Position numbers and translations under genes: made by a program. DNA of 64,000 nt, taken from assembly GCA_963697135.1 (NCBI GenBank), contig CAVOMZ010000016.1:19640-83639 (forward strand), given 5' to 3'. Origin of the DNA: an uncultured Chloroflexia bacterium (GTDB lineage: Bacteria > Chloroflexota > Limnocylindria > Limnocylindrales > CSP1-4). Positions 25,151-35,629 of this stretch are shown in pieces. Positions within the stretch are counted from its first letter, which is position 1. Each line of letters opens with the position of its first letter. Below the pieces are notes generated by a model. The model worked only from the letters and a program-made list of their open reading frames with translations. It searched no databases and was not told where the DNA came from.

Positions 25151-26824
25151 CTAGCCGCCCGCGGGGCGGGGCGGGAGGTTGGTGGCGCCGCGCCGCAGGG
25201 AGTATTCGATCTCTTTTTGGGTGATGAACTCCAGCAGGACGGGCCGGCCGTTCTTGGTCTGCTCAATGCCTCGCTTGAGGGCGGGTATGACCTCGTTCGG
25301 GTCGGTTATGCGCTCGCCGTAGCCGCCGAGGGCGGTTGCGAAGTCGGCGTAGTTGCCGGAGATGTCGGTGCTGTTGAACTTCTGGGTGGAGATCTGCATT
25401 ACGGGCAGCTCCATGGCCATGGAGAAGTTGTTGAACAGGATGGAGAGGATTGGGATGTTGTTGCGGGCAGCCGTCTCGAAGTCCATGCCGGTCATGCCGA
25501 TGGCAGCGTCGCCCCACATGTTGATGCAGGTCTTGTCCGGGTGCGCCATCTTCGAGCCCATGGCCAGGCCCAGGCCGTAACCGAGCTGAGTCGTCTTGCC
25601 CCAGCCGATGTAGCTCTGCGGGGCCGTTGCCTCCCAGAAGGGCGAGAGCTGATCGCGCGGGCTGCCAGCGTCGTGGGTGATGATCGTGTTCGGGATGTCG
25701 AGCGTGTGCATCATGTCCCAGATCACGCGGTAGGGGTTGATGGGCGTGTCGTTGGACGTAAGCTTGGGCATCCACTGCTGCAGCCAGGGGTCCTTCTGGC
25801 TCTTAATCCTGGAGACGACGGCCTCCATGTTGCCGCGGGGCTTGCCGCCGAGCCGGTCGCTGACGGCGGCGGTGAGAGCCTTGAGGGTCAGACCGGCGTC
25901 GCCGAGGGCGGCGTAGCTGGCAGGCACATCCTTGCCGATGTCGAGCGCGTCGGCGGTGGCGTGGACGTAGGTCTTGCCGGTCTGGGGCCACTGGATACCG
26001 AAGCCGGTGCGCGAGAAGCTAACACCGATGCCGAAGACAACGTCGGCGTCCTGCACGTGGTAGGCAACGGGGGCCGGGTTGGCGGCGCCGCCGGAGCCGA
26101 GGGAAAGCGGGTGGTTCTCCGGGAAGGAGCTCTTGCCCTCCAGGCTGGTGGTCACCGGGATCTCGAGCAGCTCTGCCAGCTCTCGCAGCTCGTCCCAGGC
26201 GCGGGCGTAGAGCACACCGGCGCCGGCGTAGATGATGGGGCGCTCGGCTTCGATGAGGACGCGGGCGATCTCATCGATGTCAGAGGGGTTGGGGCCGCTC
26301 TTCACCGCAGGCGTGGGTACGTAGGTGAAGTCCGGGATCTCCTCCTGCATGACATCGCCGGGGATCTCGAGCATCGCCGGTCCGGGGCGGCCGTTGCGGG
26401 CCTGAGCGAAGGCGCGCCGGATTGCCTCCCAGACCATGGCCGGGTTGTTGAGCTGCTCGGCGGACTTGGTGATGTGCTGGAAGTTGAGAAAGGCGTTGAA
26501 GTTGGGGTGGTAGCCGACCTGACCTCGGGGCATTCCGCCGGGCAGGAAGACCAGCGGCACCGATTCGCCGTAGCACTGGGCGATACCACCGAAGGCGTTC
26601 TCAGTACCGGGGCCGTTCTGGCAGGCGAAGACGCCGACCTTCTTGCCGGAGTGCAGACGACTGTACGCGTCCGCCATGTGAATGCCGGTGCGCTCCTGGC
26701 GGACGATGATCGGCTTGATGTCGATCTCCGCGCAGGCTTCGATGATTGGGTTTACCGGATAGGCAAAGATGTACTCGGCGCCTTCCGCTTTCATTGCTTG
26801 GGCAATTGCCTGGACGACTCGCAT
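25151..26824 (-). CDS. thiamine-pyrophosphate-dependent enzyme (acetolactate synthase large-subunit-like)
   Basis: 557 aa. The N-terminal Pyr domain (QNGPGTENAFGGIAQ) and the C-terminal TPP-binding motif (GDAAIGMTGMDFETAARNNIP...NN) are present. Confidence 0.85.
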   Translation of the reverse strand: MRVVQAIAQAMKAEGAEYIFAYPVNPIIEACAEIDIKPIIVRQERTGIHMADAYSRLHSGKKVGVFACQNGPGTENAFGGIAQCYGESVPLVFLPGGMPRGQVGYHPNFNAFLNFQHITKSAEQLNNPAMVWEAIRRAFAQARNGRPGPAMLEIPGDVMQEEIPDFTYVPTPAVKSGPNPSDIDEIARVLIEAERPIIYAGAGVLYARAWDELRELAELLEIPVTTSLEGKSSFPENHPLSLGSGGAANPAPVAYHVQDADVVFGIGVSFSRTGFGIQWPQTGKTYVHATADALDIGKDVPASYAALGDAGLTLKALTAAVSDRLGGKPRGNMEAVVSRIKSQKDPWLQQWMPKLTSNDTPINPYRVIWDMMHTLDIPNTIITHDAGSPRDQLSPFWEATAPQSYIGWGKTTQLGYGLGLAMGSKMAHPDKTCINMWGDAAIGMTGMDFETAARNNIPILSILFNNFSMAMELPVMQISTQKFNSTDISGNYADFATALGGYGERITDPNEVIPALKRGIEQTKNGRPVLLEFITQKEIEYSLRRGATNLPPRPAGG

Positions 26825-27080
26825 TCCTAACTCCTTCGAATTGCTTTTGGGTGTTTACCAGCCGGGGGAATGTCGGCGCTTAGCATAAGCCTTCGAGCCC
26901 TACCCTGGCTCCACCCCCCGAGGGCAATCGGGCAGGGTGGCAAACGGGCAATGGGGTGCGACGCTTGATCGCTTGCGGTTGTGGATTCGCTATCGAGGGG
27001 CGAAGCCGGGCGGCGGACGATGGACGTGCTTCCTTTCGCCGCAGAGCGCTGTCGCGTCTGGGCGTCTATCGCCTGAGCGG

Positions 27081-27180
27081 AAGGGGGATACCCCCTTGGA
27101 CCCCCGGCAGGGTGGCTGCGCTCGCCTTCCCCTGCACTCTACCAGGCGTTGCACCCTGGACCCGCAAAGGTACGTTGCCG
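27081..27180 (+). repeat. family I element (about 100 nt), copy 1
   Basis: AAGGGGGATACCCCCTTGGACCCCCGGCAGGGTGGCTGCGCTCGCC... is about 90% identical by eye to 30719-30820. Confidence 0.75.
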
Positions 27181-27543
27181 GTTCGGATTGGGTATTGTGG
27201 CGGACGAACTCTTCATTAGCGCTCAACCTAAGAGCACTACCGATACGGTCGCGCGGTAACGGCTCGAGCTCTTCTCTCTTCGCGGGGCCGCACGTCACTG
27301 CAGCGTTGGCCGTTATAGCGGCACCGGCCTCTGCCCAGCTTGCTGGGCAGCTACAGGCTGGATGTGCTTAATTCGCCGCCTGGCCGCCACCTGCCTGACT
27401 GACTTGGGCCATTGCCAGCGCGGTTGCGTGGTACATCGGCGGGTGGCCCTGAGGGGTAGCAGGGCGGGCGAGGCAGCCCTATACTCTGCTTGCTTTCTCA
27501 AACCCCGACCAAAATCGGCGAAGCCGGACCGAAAGGACGAATC

Positions 27544-28464
27544 ATGAAGCTACTTTTCTTCGACGACTACAAGTTCGGTGTCATGAAGGGTGACAACGTT
27601 GTCGACTGCAGCGACGTCGTCAACGACATCCCGCACCTGGAGCCTCAGCACATCATCAAGGGCGTAATCGAGCACTTCGACGAGTACCGGCCGAAGCTGG
27701 AGGCCGCTGTCGCCAAGAGCAACGGTGTACCGCTGAGCAGCGTCCGTGTGCGTGCCCCCAACCCCAAGCCGACGCGGGTCGTCTGCATGGCGGTTAATTA
27801 CGACGACGGCATGGCGGTCTCTCGCGGCGCCGACGCCTTCCACAAGTCGCCCGATGCGGTGATCGGCGACGGTGACACGATGGTGCTGGGCGATGTCCCG
27901 GCATCCGTCTTCGAGGGCGAGGCTGAGCTGGCGCTGGTCATCGGCAAGCGCGCCCGTAACGTCGCGCCGGGAGACGCCGAGAGCTACATCTTCGGCTACA
28001 CCAACTTCATCGATGGCTCGGCGCGCGGTATGCCCATCGCCGGCTTCTACTCGATGAAGTCCCGCGCCACCTATGCGCCGATTGGTCCGTTCATCGTCAC
28101 GAAGGACGAGATCAAGGACCCGAACAACATCCAGGTACGTCTGTGGAACAACGAAGAGCTCATGCAGGACTACAGCACGGCCGACATGCACACGAAGATC
28201 CCGGACTGCATCGCGTTCGTGACAAAAGCGCACGAGCTTGAAGCCGGCGACATTCTGGCCCTGGGTACGAACCATCGCGGCCTGCACCCGTTCGAGGACG
28301 GCCACCTGGTCGAGATTGAGGCAGAGGGCCTCGGCCGCCTGCACTTCAAGGTCCAGGACGAGCTCAAGCGAACCTGGCAGCGCCAGACCCGCATTGCGCG
28401 CAAGGAAGCCGGCCTCGAGGGCCTGCCGCCTCAGCTTTCAGGCAAGTACGCGCCGAACTCCTAG
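27544..28464 (+). CDS. fumarylacetoacetate hydrolase (FAH) family protein
   Basis: Start at ATG 27544 (MKLLFFDDYKFG). FAH-type motifs: VVCMAVNY, EGEAELALVIGK, GYTNFIDGSAR, GDILALGT. Confidence 0.85.
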   Translation: MKLLFFDDYKFGVMKGDNVVDCSDVVNDIPHLEPQHIIKGVIEHFDEYRPKLEAAVAKSNGVPLSSVRVRAPNPKPTRVVCMAVNYDDGMAVSRGADAFHKSPDAVIGDGDTMVLGDVPASVFEGEAELALVIGKRARNVAPGDAESYIFGYTNFIDGSARGMPIAGFYSMKSRATYAPIGPFIVTKDEIKDPNNIQVRLWNNEELMQDYSTADMHTKIPDCIAFVTKAHELEAGDILALGTNHRGLHPFEDGHLVEIEAEGLGRLHFKVQDELKRTWQRQTRIARKEAGLEGLPPQLSGKYAPNS

Positions 28465-28485
28465 CGAGGAGCGCTCGCGAGAGTC

Positions 28486-28526
28486 GAAGAGGCCTCGGAC
28501 GCGAATCCGGGGCCTCTTCATATTTT
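28486..28526 (+). terminator. rho-independent terminator after the FAH gene
   Basis: GAAGAGGCC (28486-28494) pairs with GGCCTCTTC (28511-28519), followed by ATATTTT. It begins 22 nt after the stop. Confidence 0.6.
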
Positions 28527-28636
28527 GACGATGAGGCCAAACACCCACCGATGCCCTCGGTCGCTGACGGGCGCTGTGGGGACGGCAGTTGGTCAGCCGT
28601 GGCCTGGATTCTTCGCCGGGCGGGCGCCGCTCCTCC

Positions 28637-28850
28637 CATGAAAATGGATTTCTCCCATCGAAAAACAACGCGTGGAGAATGACGCCCGCTTTGCTGCACG
28701 GCGCTGTCGCGACGTTCCGCCCCCCCTTAAATAAAGCGGGATCTGAGGGCACATCCCTCAGACTGCTTGCCAGCTGGGCTGCGCCCCTCTGGACTCCCTG
28801 CCAGAGAATTTTCATCCGCTCACGGTGTGGCGAAGCCTCATCCCTTCCTC
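28637..28850 (+). repeat. family A element, single unit
   Basis: Near-identical to the 21128 units, apart from a few substitutions and 1-nt indels. Conserved hairpin at 28743-28761. Confidence 0.9.
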
Positions 28851-28934
28851 AGAATGGCAAACGGGTGACGATTGCGGGCTGGTCGTTGTCCGTTTGCCTA
28901 CCCCCTCCCCTGCTCTCTAGCGCAGGTTGCGCGA

Positions 28935-28980
28935 GGCTAGGTCCCTCGCCTCGGCAGGCGCCGATGGGTCGGGACGACAG
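28935..28980. repeat. family H element
   Basis: GGCTAGGTCCCTCGCCTCGGCAGGCGCCGATGGGTCGGGACGACAG. Confidence 0.75.
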
Positions 28981-29145
28981 AGGGGTCGTGCCCTCGGTCG
29001 AGTTGTCTCCGGATGCAGGCGAGCCCGGCCCCGGCAGGTCGGAAGAACCTGCAGTTACACGCCTGCGCCCACCGACGCTTTGAGTGTCTCTGCGCGAAGC
29101 CTGCCCGTCTGCCCGATTGCCCGGGTGTGGTGTGAAAGGGTGGGG

Positions 29146-30296
29146 TTAGCCCCAGACCTTTTGCGCCACTTCGACGACGAGCTCCAGCTTGCGGCGTTGC
29201 TCGTCCCAGGTGAGGAGGTTGCCGAGGGCCGTCGAAGCGAAGCCGCACTGGGGCGAGATCGCGAGGTTCTCGATTGGCACGTATTTCGCGGCTTCGTCGA
29301 TGCGGCGGCGCAGGTCGTCGACGGACTCGAGGGCGGGTTCTTTGGAGCTGATCAGGCCGAGGACGACCATCTTGTTCTTGGGCATGAAGCGCAGGGGCTC
29401 GAAGCCGCCGGCGCGGTCCGTGTCGTATTCGAGCAGGAAGCGGTCAACGTTGAGCTGGTTGAAGGCCTTCTCGGCCATGCCCTCGTAGCGCCCTCGGCGT
29501 GCCAGGCGCTGCGGTTGTTGCCGCGACACATGTGCATGCCGACGGTGACGTTGTCGCGCTGGGCGCCCTCGAGCACCGCGTTGTCGGCGGCGATGAGGTC
29601 ATCGAGGTAGGCATCGGGGTCCTCGCCGTCATCGATCATGCGCTGGCGGATCGTCTTGTCGGTGATGCGCTCGACATAATGCAGCGAATCGAGCTGGATG
29701 TAGGAGCAGCCTTCGTCGATCAGCAGGGCGATCTCGTTCTTGAGCATGCCCGCGATCTCGTTCATAAAGTCTTTCTTGGAGACGTAAGCGCGGTCGGTGA
29801 AACCTTCGCGCCAGAGCTGGCCACCGGCGGAGTAAGGACCGGGCATGGTGATCTTCCACGGGCCGGGCGCGTGCTTGCCGAGGAAGGCGCTCTCGTCACC
29901 CGCCAGGCGTTTGACCTGACGGATCTTGTCCGCGACGACGGCGCCACCCATACTGGTCGTGCCGGTGCCGGTTGCCATGGACTGGTTGGCCAGTTCTCCG
30001 TGAGGGCCCTGCCAGGTGCCCAGGAGACGGTTCGGCGGCAGGCCGGTGGTGGGCGCCAGGTTATCGATGGCGGAGCGGACCGCGCTACTCCAGCCCGCGC
30101 GGCGATACTCGCCCTCGGTGAAGACGCTGATGCCCGCCTGCTTCTGCAGGTCCAGGGCTTGCAGGACGCAGGCGTCTTCGACCTCTTTGAGCTGCTCGGC
30201 CGTGATCTTGCCGTCGAATTGGTCCTGGCGGGCCTGCAAAAGCTCCGGCGGCCGTAGCAGGCTGCCGACGTGGTCCGCTCGATATGCTGATGGCAT
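29146..30296 (-). pseudogene. cobalamin-independent methionine synthase (MetE C-terminal-like / UROD-MetE superfamily) protein, one frameshift
   Basis: ORF 29352..30296 (MPSAYRADHVGSLLRPPELL...HMCRGNNRSAWHAEG) continues in ORF 29146..29529 (YEGMAEKAFNQLNVDRFLLEYD...ISPQCGF). One nucleotide is missing near 29490 (GGCGCTAC, where GGCGGCTAC is expected). Confidence 0.7.
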
Positions 30297-30366
30297 TGCG
30301 ATACCTCTCTCTCGATTGCTGCGCAGTTTACTCTCAGGAGCCGGAGGTTTGAACCGGCTGGGCGAT

Positions 30367-30445
30367 GATCGACAACGGATGGGAGCGGATAAACGGATGA
30401 GTCCCGGAAAGCTTTCCGTTCATCCGTTGCCATCCGTTGTTGATC
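30367..30445. promoter_or_regulatory. long imperfect palindrome with CGGAT(G/A) iterons upstream of the MetE-like gene
   Basis: Left arm GATCGACAACGGATGGGAGCGGATAAACGGATGAG is matched by the reverse complement of the right arm, GATCAACAACGGATGGCAACGGATGAACGGAAAG. It lies 71-149 nt upstream of start 30296. Confidence 0.4.
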
Positions 30446-30718
30446 ACGCTCTCTACCTATGAAGGACAGGGAACATGCTGCTACTCAACGATGGTTTGCC
30501 GACGAATCCGCCGTCTGGCCCGAGCGCTAGTACGTCGCCACGATGGTGTTCATGGGCTGGTTGCCATACCTCCGGCTACTTTATGGTCATTGATCGAATG
30601 GCGGCGCTAAACCTGGAGGGAGGTCTTGCGGTCTCACGGAGAGAGGGCACCGCGGACGGCGCGCGTTTTCCTCACGCAGCGGCGGTCATTCTCCACTGGT
30701 CGCTGCTTTCCTCAGCTT

Positions 30719-30820
30719 AAAGGGGGACACCCCCTTGGACCCCCGGCGGGGTGGCTGCGCTTGCTTTCCCCTGCACCCCTTACCAGGCGTTGCACCCTTG
30801 GACCCGCAAAGGTCAGGTGC
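30719..30820 (+). repeat. family I element, copy 2
   Basis: AAGGGGGACACCCCCTTGGACCCCCGGCGGGGTGGCTGCGCTTGC... is homologous to 27081-27180. Confidence 0.75.
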
Positions 30821-31012
30821 CAGTTGAGCACTGAATGCCCGGAAGCAGCCTACATCGGCCACCCATGCCTATCGCCTGTTATTTACTCAACGACCAGACC
30901 ATAAGACGCCGCTACAGACTCCAAACATGGTCTCTTCCCGCCTTGTAAGCACCACCAATTACACAAAGCCTTAAACACGAGGCATGTAGCCAGAGAAACA
31001 CCGTGGTCATGA

Positions 31013-32356
31013 CTAGTGGGCGATGGGCGTGGTGAGGCGGCTCATCAGATCCGCGTCGCTGATCATCTCAGCGCGGTGGGCGCGATGGTAGATGACCGCG
31101 ACGATGACGCCGATGAGGCAGGCGACTCCGAGCTCGGCTGTGGCGGCCTGCACGCCGTTGATCTCGGCCAGCGCACCGATGACGAGTGCTCCGATGGGCG
31201 TCGAGCCCTGGAAGAGCAGCGAGTTGAGGCTCATGACACGCCCGCGCAGGTGGCCGGGCGATTCTAGCTGGAGACGGGAGTTGTTGGTGGCGCGGTAGAA
31301 GGTGCTCGAGAACCCAAGCCCCACCATCATCGGCAGAGTCAGGATCCACCAGTGCGACACGGAGACGACCAGCAGCATGCAGCTGAAGCTCGTAGCGCCG
31401 AAAATTAGCATCTTGAGGCTGGCCTTGCTGGCGTAGGCGACGGTCAGCGCCGCGATCAACGAGCCCGCGGCCAATGCCGAGGTCACGAGCCCGAAGCCGG
31501 ACGGGCCGGAGTGCAGGACGTATTTGGCGATCAGCGGCAGGAGGACGGTCATGTTGAAGCCGAAGGTGCCGAGCATGACCATCATGATGAGCTCGAAGAC
31601 GATGTTGGGTGTGGCGATGGCATAGCGCAGACCTTCAGCGACCTGACTGAGGACCTTGCCGCCGGCCTTGGTCAGCTCCACGGGGAAGAATCGCTTGGGG
31701 TCCATGAGGAAGAGGGCGCCCAGGACTGCGAGGAAGCTGAAAGCGTTGAGGAAGAAGCAGCCTGCGACGCCGATGAGGGCAATCGCAACGCCGCCGATGG
31801 CAGGGCCGGTGAGCCTGCCGACCTGCATCTGACCCGAGTTGAGGGCAATGGCGTTCGGCAGATCGTCTGGTCCGACCATTTCGAGAATGAATGCCTGGCG
31901 CGTTGGGTTGTCGAGGGCCTGGGCGATGCCCTGGACCGCTGCCAAACCGTAGATTTGCCAGATCTGGATGTGTGTAAAGGCGACAAGGACAGCGAGGGTC
32001 AACGACTGAACCAGCAGCACGCTCTGAGTAATCATTAGCAGGGTCCGTTTGGGGAAGCGGTCCGCCAGCACGCCGCCGAAGAGCGAGAAGAGCAGCACCG
32101 GCGCGAACTGCACCGTCGATACGGAGCCGAGGGCGAGGGCGGAGTTGGTGCGCTGCAGGACGAGCCAGGCAAGCCCAGTGTTCTGCATCCAGGTGCCGAT
32201 GACGGAGATCATCTGGCCCAGCCAGTAGAGGCGGTAGTTGTGGCTATGGAGGGCCCGCCAGGTACGGCCTACGCCTAGAGTGCTCTGTTCCTCCGAGCTT
32301 TCCGGAGTTACAGGGGGTGATTCTTCCGGGCTTTGCGGCCGGACGTGTAGACGCAT
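31013..32356 (-). CDS. MFS transporter (EntS/MFS_3-like)
   Basis: 447 aa with about 12 predicted TM segments. N-terminus ...NYRLYWLGQMISVIGTWMQ is typical of this MFS subfamily. Confidence 0.75.
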   Translation of the reverse strand: MRLHVRPQSPEESPPVTPESSEEQSTLGVGRTWRALHSHNYRLYWLGQMISVIGTWMQNTGLAWLVLQRTNSALALGSVSTVQFAPVLLFSLFGGVLADRFPKRTLLMITQSVLLVQSLTLAVLVAFTHIQIWQIYGLAAVQGIAQALDNPTRQAFILEMVGPDDLPNAIALNSGQMQVGRLTGPAIGGVAIALIGVAGCFFLNAFSFLAVLGALFLMDPKRFFPVELTKAGGKVLSQVAEGLRYAIATPNIVFELIMMVMLGTFGFNMTVLLPLIAKYVLHSGPSGFGLVTSALAAGSLIAALTVAYASKASLKMLIFGATSFSCMLLVVSVSHWWILTLPMMVGLGFSSTFYRATNNSRLQLESPGHLRGRVMSLNSLLFQGSTPIGALVIGALAEINGVQAATAELGVACLIGVIVAVIYHRAHRAEMISDADLMSRLTTPIAH

Positions 32357-32580
32357 TTAGCCCCGTGCCGTACTAAACCAGAGGCTGTAAAGCTCGCTGA
32401 ATACAGCCATGGAGGTTCTACCGAATCGTTGTTGAAGAAGATGGGCGACGGCTCAGCTGAGCAGATGTCCTTAGCAATTGTGCCACGAAGCGGCGCTTAG
32501 CCGCGAAGGATCGCTGTTACGGGAGCATCACGACTTGGCTAGAGTTGAGTCGATGGACCTTGTCCTGGCTGGCGTAACCA

Positions 32581-33226
32581 GGGCTCCGACGCAGGAGCCG
32601 GCTTTGCTGCGCGGCGCTATCGCGACGCTCCGCCCCCGCCCCCATTGGGGATGGGAGGTCTGAGGGCACATCCCTCAGACTCCTTGGCAAAGGGCTAGTC
32701 GCCCTCTGCACTTCCGAAGGAATGAAGGCGTAAGCGAAATGGCAAAACTGAGTGCGCGTCTTATGGGCATTCGCACGTCGAATTCTGGGGGCGCGAGTCC
32801 GGTGTGCGAGGGCTCCGACGCAGGAGCCGGCTTTGCTGCGCGGCGCTGTCGCGATGCTCCGCCCCCGCCCCCATTGGGGATGGGAGGTCTGAGGGCACAT
32901 CCCTCAGACTCCTTGGCAAAGGGCTAGTCGCGCTCTGCACTTCCGAACGAATGAAAGACGTAAGCGAAATGGCAAAATTGAATGCGCGTCTTAGTGGCAT
33001 TCGTCCGTCGAATTCTGGGGCGTGAGTCTGGTGTACGAAGGCTCCGACGCAGGAGCCGGCTTTGCTGTGCGGCGCTATCGCGACGCTCCGCCCCCACCTC
33101 CATTGGGAATGGGAGGTCTGAGGGCACATCCCTCAGACTCCTTGGCATAGGGCTAGTCGCCCTCTGCACTTCCGGCTTGGAGAATTTCATTGCCTCAGGG
33201 TGGGCGAAGCTTCATCCCTTCCTCTC
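32581..33226 (+). repeat. family A-related array (3 units, period about 229 bp, mosaic 3' ends)
   Basis: Units start at 32581, 32810 and 33040 (GGGCTCCGACGCAGGAGCCGGCTTTGCTGCGCGGCGCT...). Conserved hairpins at 32660-32678, 32889-32907 and 33118-33136. Only unit 3 ends with the ...GAGAATTTCATTGCCTCAGGGTGGGCGAAGCTTCATCCCTTCCTC module. Confidence 0.85.
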
Positions 33227-33688
33227 AAAGATACGGGAAGTGGAGCCAGAGCCCTGTCATTGCTAGTGCACTGGTGCGAGCCAAGCGGAAGCAATCCAAC
33301 GGGGTGCATCCACACATCCCTTTTGCTTCGCCCACGCCATTCCCTCAGCGTCAGCCGGCGCGGCATCGTTCGTCCATCAGACAAAACGCCTGCATCATCA
33401 TCTCCGAGGTGCGAGCGCCCGGCCTCGCGCTTTCGCGCAACGACGCTTCGTGCGTCTGCCGCCGAGGGAGCGTGGCCGATTTCGAGAGCGCCTGGCACGA
33501 CACACGCGGCTGCCCGAGGTTGCTTCGCTTGCGCTCGCAAAGACAAACCACACGGAGAGAGCAGGGGTAGGCAGTCCTCGACCGTCCAGCACCTCTGCGA
33601 ACGAGCTGTCGATCCGCCTCGGAGTGCATATTCTCCTCCGCGGAACGGGACTTGCGCCGTCGAGATTGGGCTGGGCTCAATTCCCGGG

Positions 33689-34312
33689 CTAGGGTCTGAC
33701 TTCGTCGACGATTTCGTAGAGCTCGGTGCCCAGGGTCTTGTAGAGGCCGCGGACGTTGCCTTTGCGGTATTCCTCGGCCTGCGCGGACTCGAGGTAGGCG
33801 TTGTAGGCCTCGCGATCGGCGCGCCGGGCGATGCAGAGGTAGGTGTTCTTGGCGTCGCCTTCGGGGTCGTCGCAGCGGAAGGTGTGGAGGTAGACGGTGC
33901 CGGGGATTTGCACCGCGAGGCCATCGTGGCGCTGACGGTTGGCGACAAACTCGTCGCGGCGCTCGGGCTCGACGCCGTACTGGCTGCGCACGATGAAGTC
34001 GCCGCCCGCGCCCGCGGGCGACTCGATGACCGATTCGTAGCGGCGGCCGGACGGTACGCCGTCGAAAAGACCCTCGGGGCGGTTCTTGCCGTAATTGGCG
34101 CCTTCGTCCGTCTTGCGAAAGGTCTCGAAGGCGGCCTCAGACTCCCACATGCGCAGGACGAGGTAGTCGGTTGGGTTGCCGAGGAAGCGTGCGAGCTGGG
34201 CGCCGACGAAGCCGGGGTTAGGCTGCATGAGGCCGTGGATCCAGTGCTGGCGGGCGATCAGCTCGGACTGGCGCCGCTGGTTGACCTTGAGGAGCTCCTG
34301 GAAGAGAAACAT
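33689..34312 (-). CDS. tandem ABM (dimeric alpha-beta barrel) domain protein
   Basis: 207 aa in two halves, each with an ABM-like pattern (PGFVGAQLARFLGNPTDYLVLRMWESEAAFETF; ...TYLCIARRADREAYNAYLES). Tentative. Confidence 0.4.
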   Translation of the reverse strand: MFLFQELLKVNQRRQSELIARQHWIHGLMQPNPGFVGAQLARFLGNPTDYLVLRMWESEAAFETFRKTDEGANYGKNRPEGLFDGVPSGRRYESVIESPAGAGGDFIVRSQYGVEPERRDEFVANRQRHDGLAVQIPGTVYLHTFRCDDPEGDAKNTYLCIARRADREAYNAYLESAQAEEYRKGNVRGLYKTLGTELYEIVDEVRP

Positions 34313-34473
34313 GGCTTCGTCCTTTCGGGGGATGGGTGATGGGGGTTAGGGGTTGGGCTTCGCGGCTACGTCGCTTGCTGTCCAGGCGGTGAGACGGCTG
34401 ATTCTCGCACAAATACTGGGAGTGAGGCGGAGCGAGTTGGGTGAGGTAGCGCTTGGGAAGACGTGGGAGCGCT

Positions 34474-34509
34474 GCCCTCACCCTAACCCTCTCCCGCGGG
34501 GAGAGGGGA
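34474..34509. repeat. family D hairpin
   Basis: GCCCTCACCCTAACCCTCTCCCGCGGGGAGAGGGGA. Confidence 0.7.
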
Positions 34510-34577
34510 CAGCTTTGTGTCTGCGGCGGAAGATTTGTCTGCCCGTCTGCCGTAGCCGAAGGCGGCTCTGCCCGTCG

Positions 34578-35629
34578 TTAGCCGCAGGCGATGGCGTAGA
34601 CGTCGCGGACGTCGGCTGGGAGGCGGTGCTCCTGCCAGGTCTTGCCGCCGTCCAGGGTGCCGAAGATCTGGCCGCTGCGGCTGGCGCAGAAGACCTGGTC
34701 GGGGTCCGTTGGGTGCAGGCCGACGGCCATCATCGTGGTCTCGGCCTTGACGCCGTGGTCGAAGCGATACCAGTTCTGGCCAGGTCCGGGCTGCGGTAGA
34801 GCGAGCCGTCCTGGCTGCGGGCTGCGGGGCTGAAGCAGGCGTAGAGCGTGTTGGGGTCTGAGGGCGAGACGCGGACGTCGCGGCTGTAGGTCAGGGGCGA
34901 GAAGCGGCCGACCTCCATGTCCTGCCAGGTCGGGCCGCGGTCGGCGCTGCGGAAGATGCCCATGCGCACGGCCAGGAAGACGGTGCCGGGCTCGGCGGCG
35001 CTGACGCAGAGCGCGTGGCCGTCCATCATGCCCTCGATCTCGGTGTCGCTCTGGATCTTGCTCTTGAGGTGAGGCGGCTCGGCCAGCTCGACCAGCGGCT
35101 CGCTGCAGTCCTCCCAGCTCTCGCCGCCGTCGAGAGCTGCGCATGACGCCGCCGACCTCGAGGGTGGCGTAGAGGTCGTTGGTGTTGGCTGGGTCGACTG
35201 CCAGACGCATGACGCGGCAGGGGAAGTCCATCTTCACGCGCTCAGGCATCTTGGGGTCGGCGAGCTGACGCCAGTGGTCGCCTCCGTCGTCGCTGCGAAG
35301 ACGCCGACGGGCGCGGTGCCGGCGTAAAGGACACTCGGGTTATGCGGATGTACGGCGATCGACCAGACCTGCGTGCCATCGTCCGGGAAGTCGAGGCGCT
35401 CCCAGCTCTCGCCGCCGTCGAGGCTGCGGTAGGGCCCGCGGTGGGTGCCGATGTAGACGACGTCGGAGTCCGTGGGATGCAGCGTGATCGCCTGGACCTG
35501 GGTGTCTTCGGGCAGTCCTTTGGTGAGCTGCTGCCATCTGCCGCTGCCGGCCTCGCTACGATAGAGGCCGCCTTTGAACCTTGGGCCTGCTTTGGCTGCG
35601 CCGGCGTAGACGTGGGTAGTCTCGTTCAT
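34578..35629 (-). pseudogene. BNR/Asp-box repeat (sialidase-fold / Ycf48-like) protein, three frameshifts
   Basis: Start ATG 35629 with GAGGAG Shine-Dalgarno. Asp-box motifs SxDxGxSW/TW recur (SLDGGESWERL, RSDDGGDHWRQL, DGGESWEDC, SADRGPTWQDM, GQNWYRF, TLDGGKTWQEH) but are spread over three frames. Shifts are near 35298, 35138 and 34790. Confidence 0.7.
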
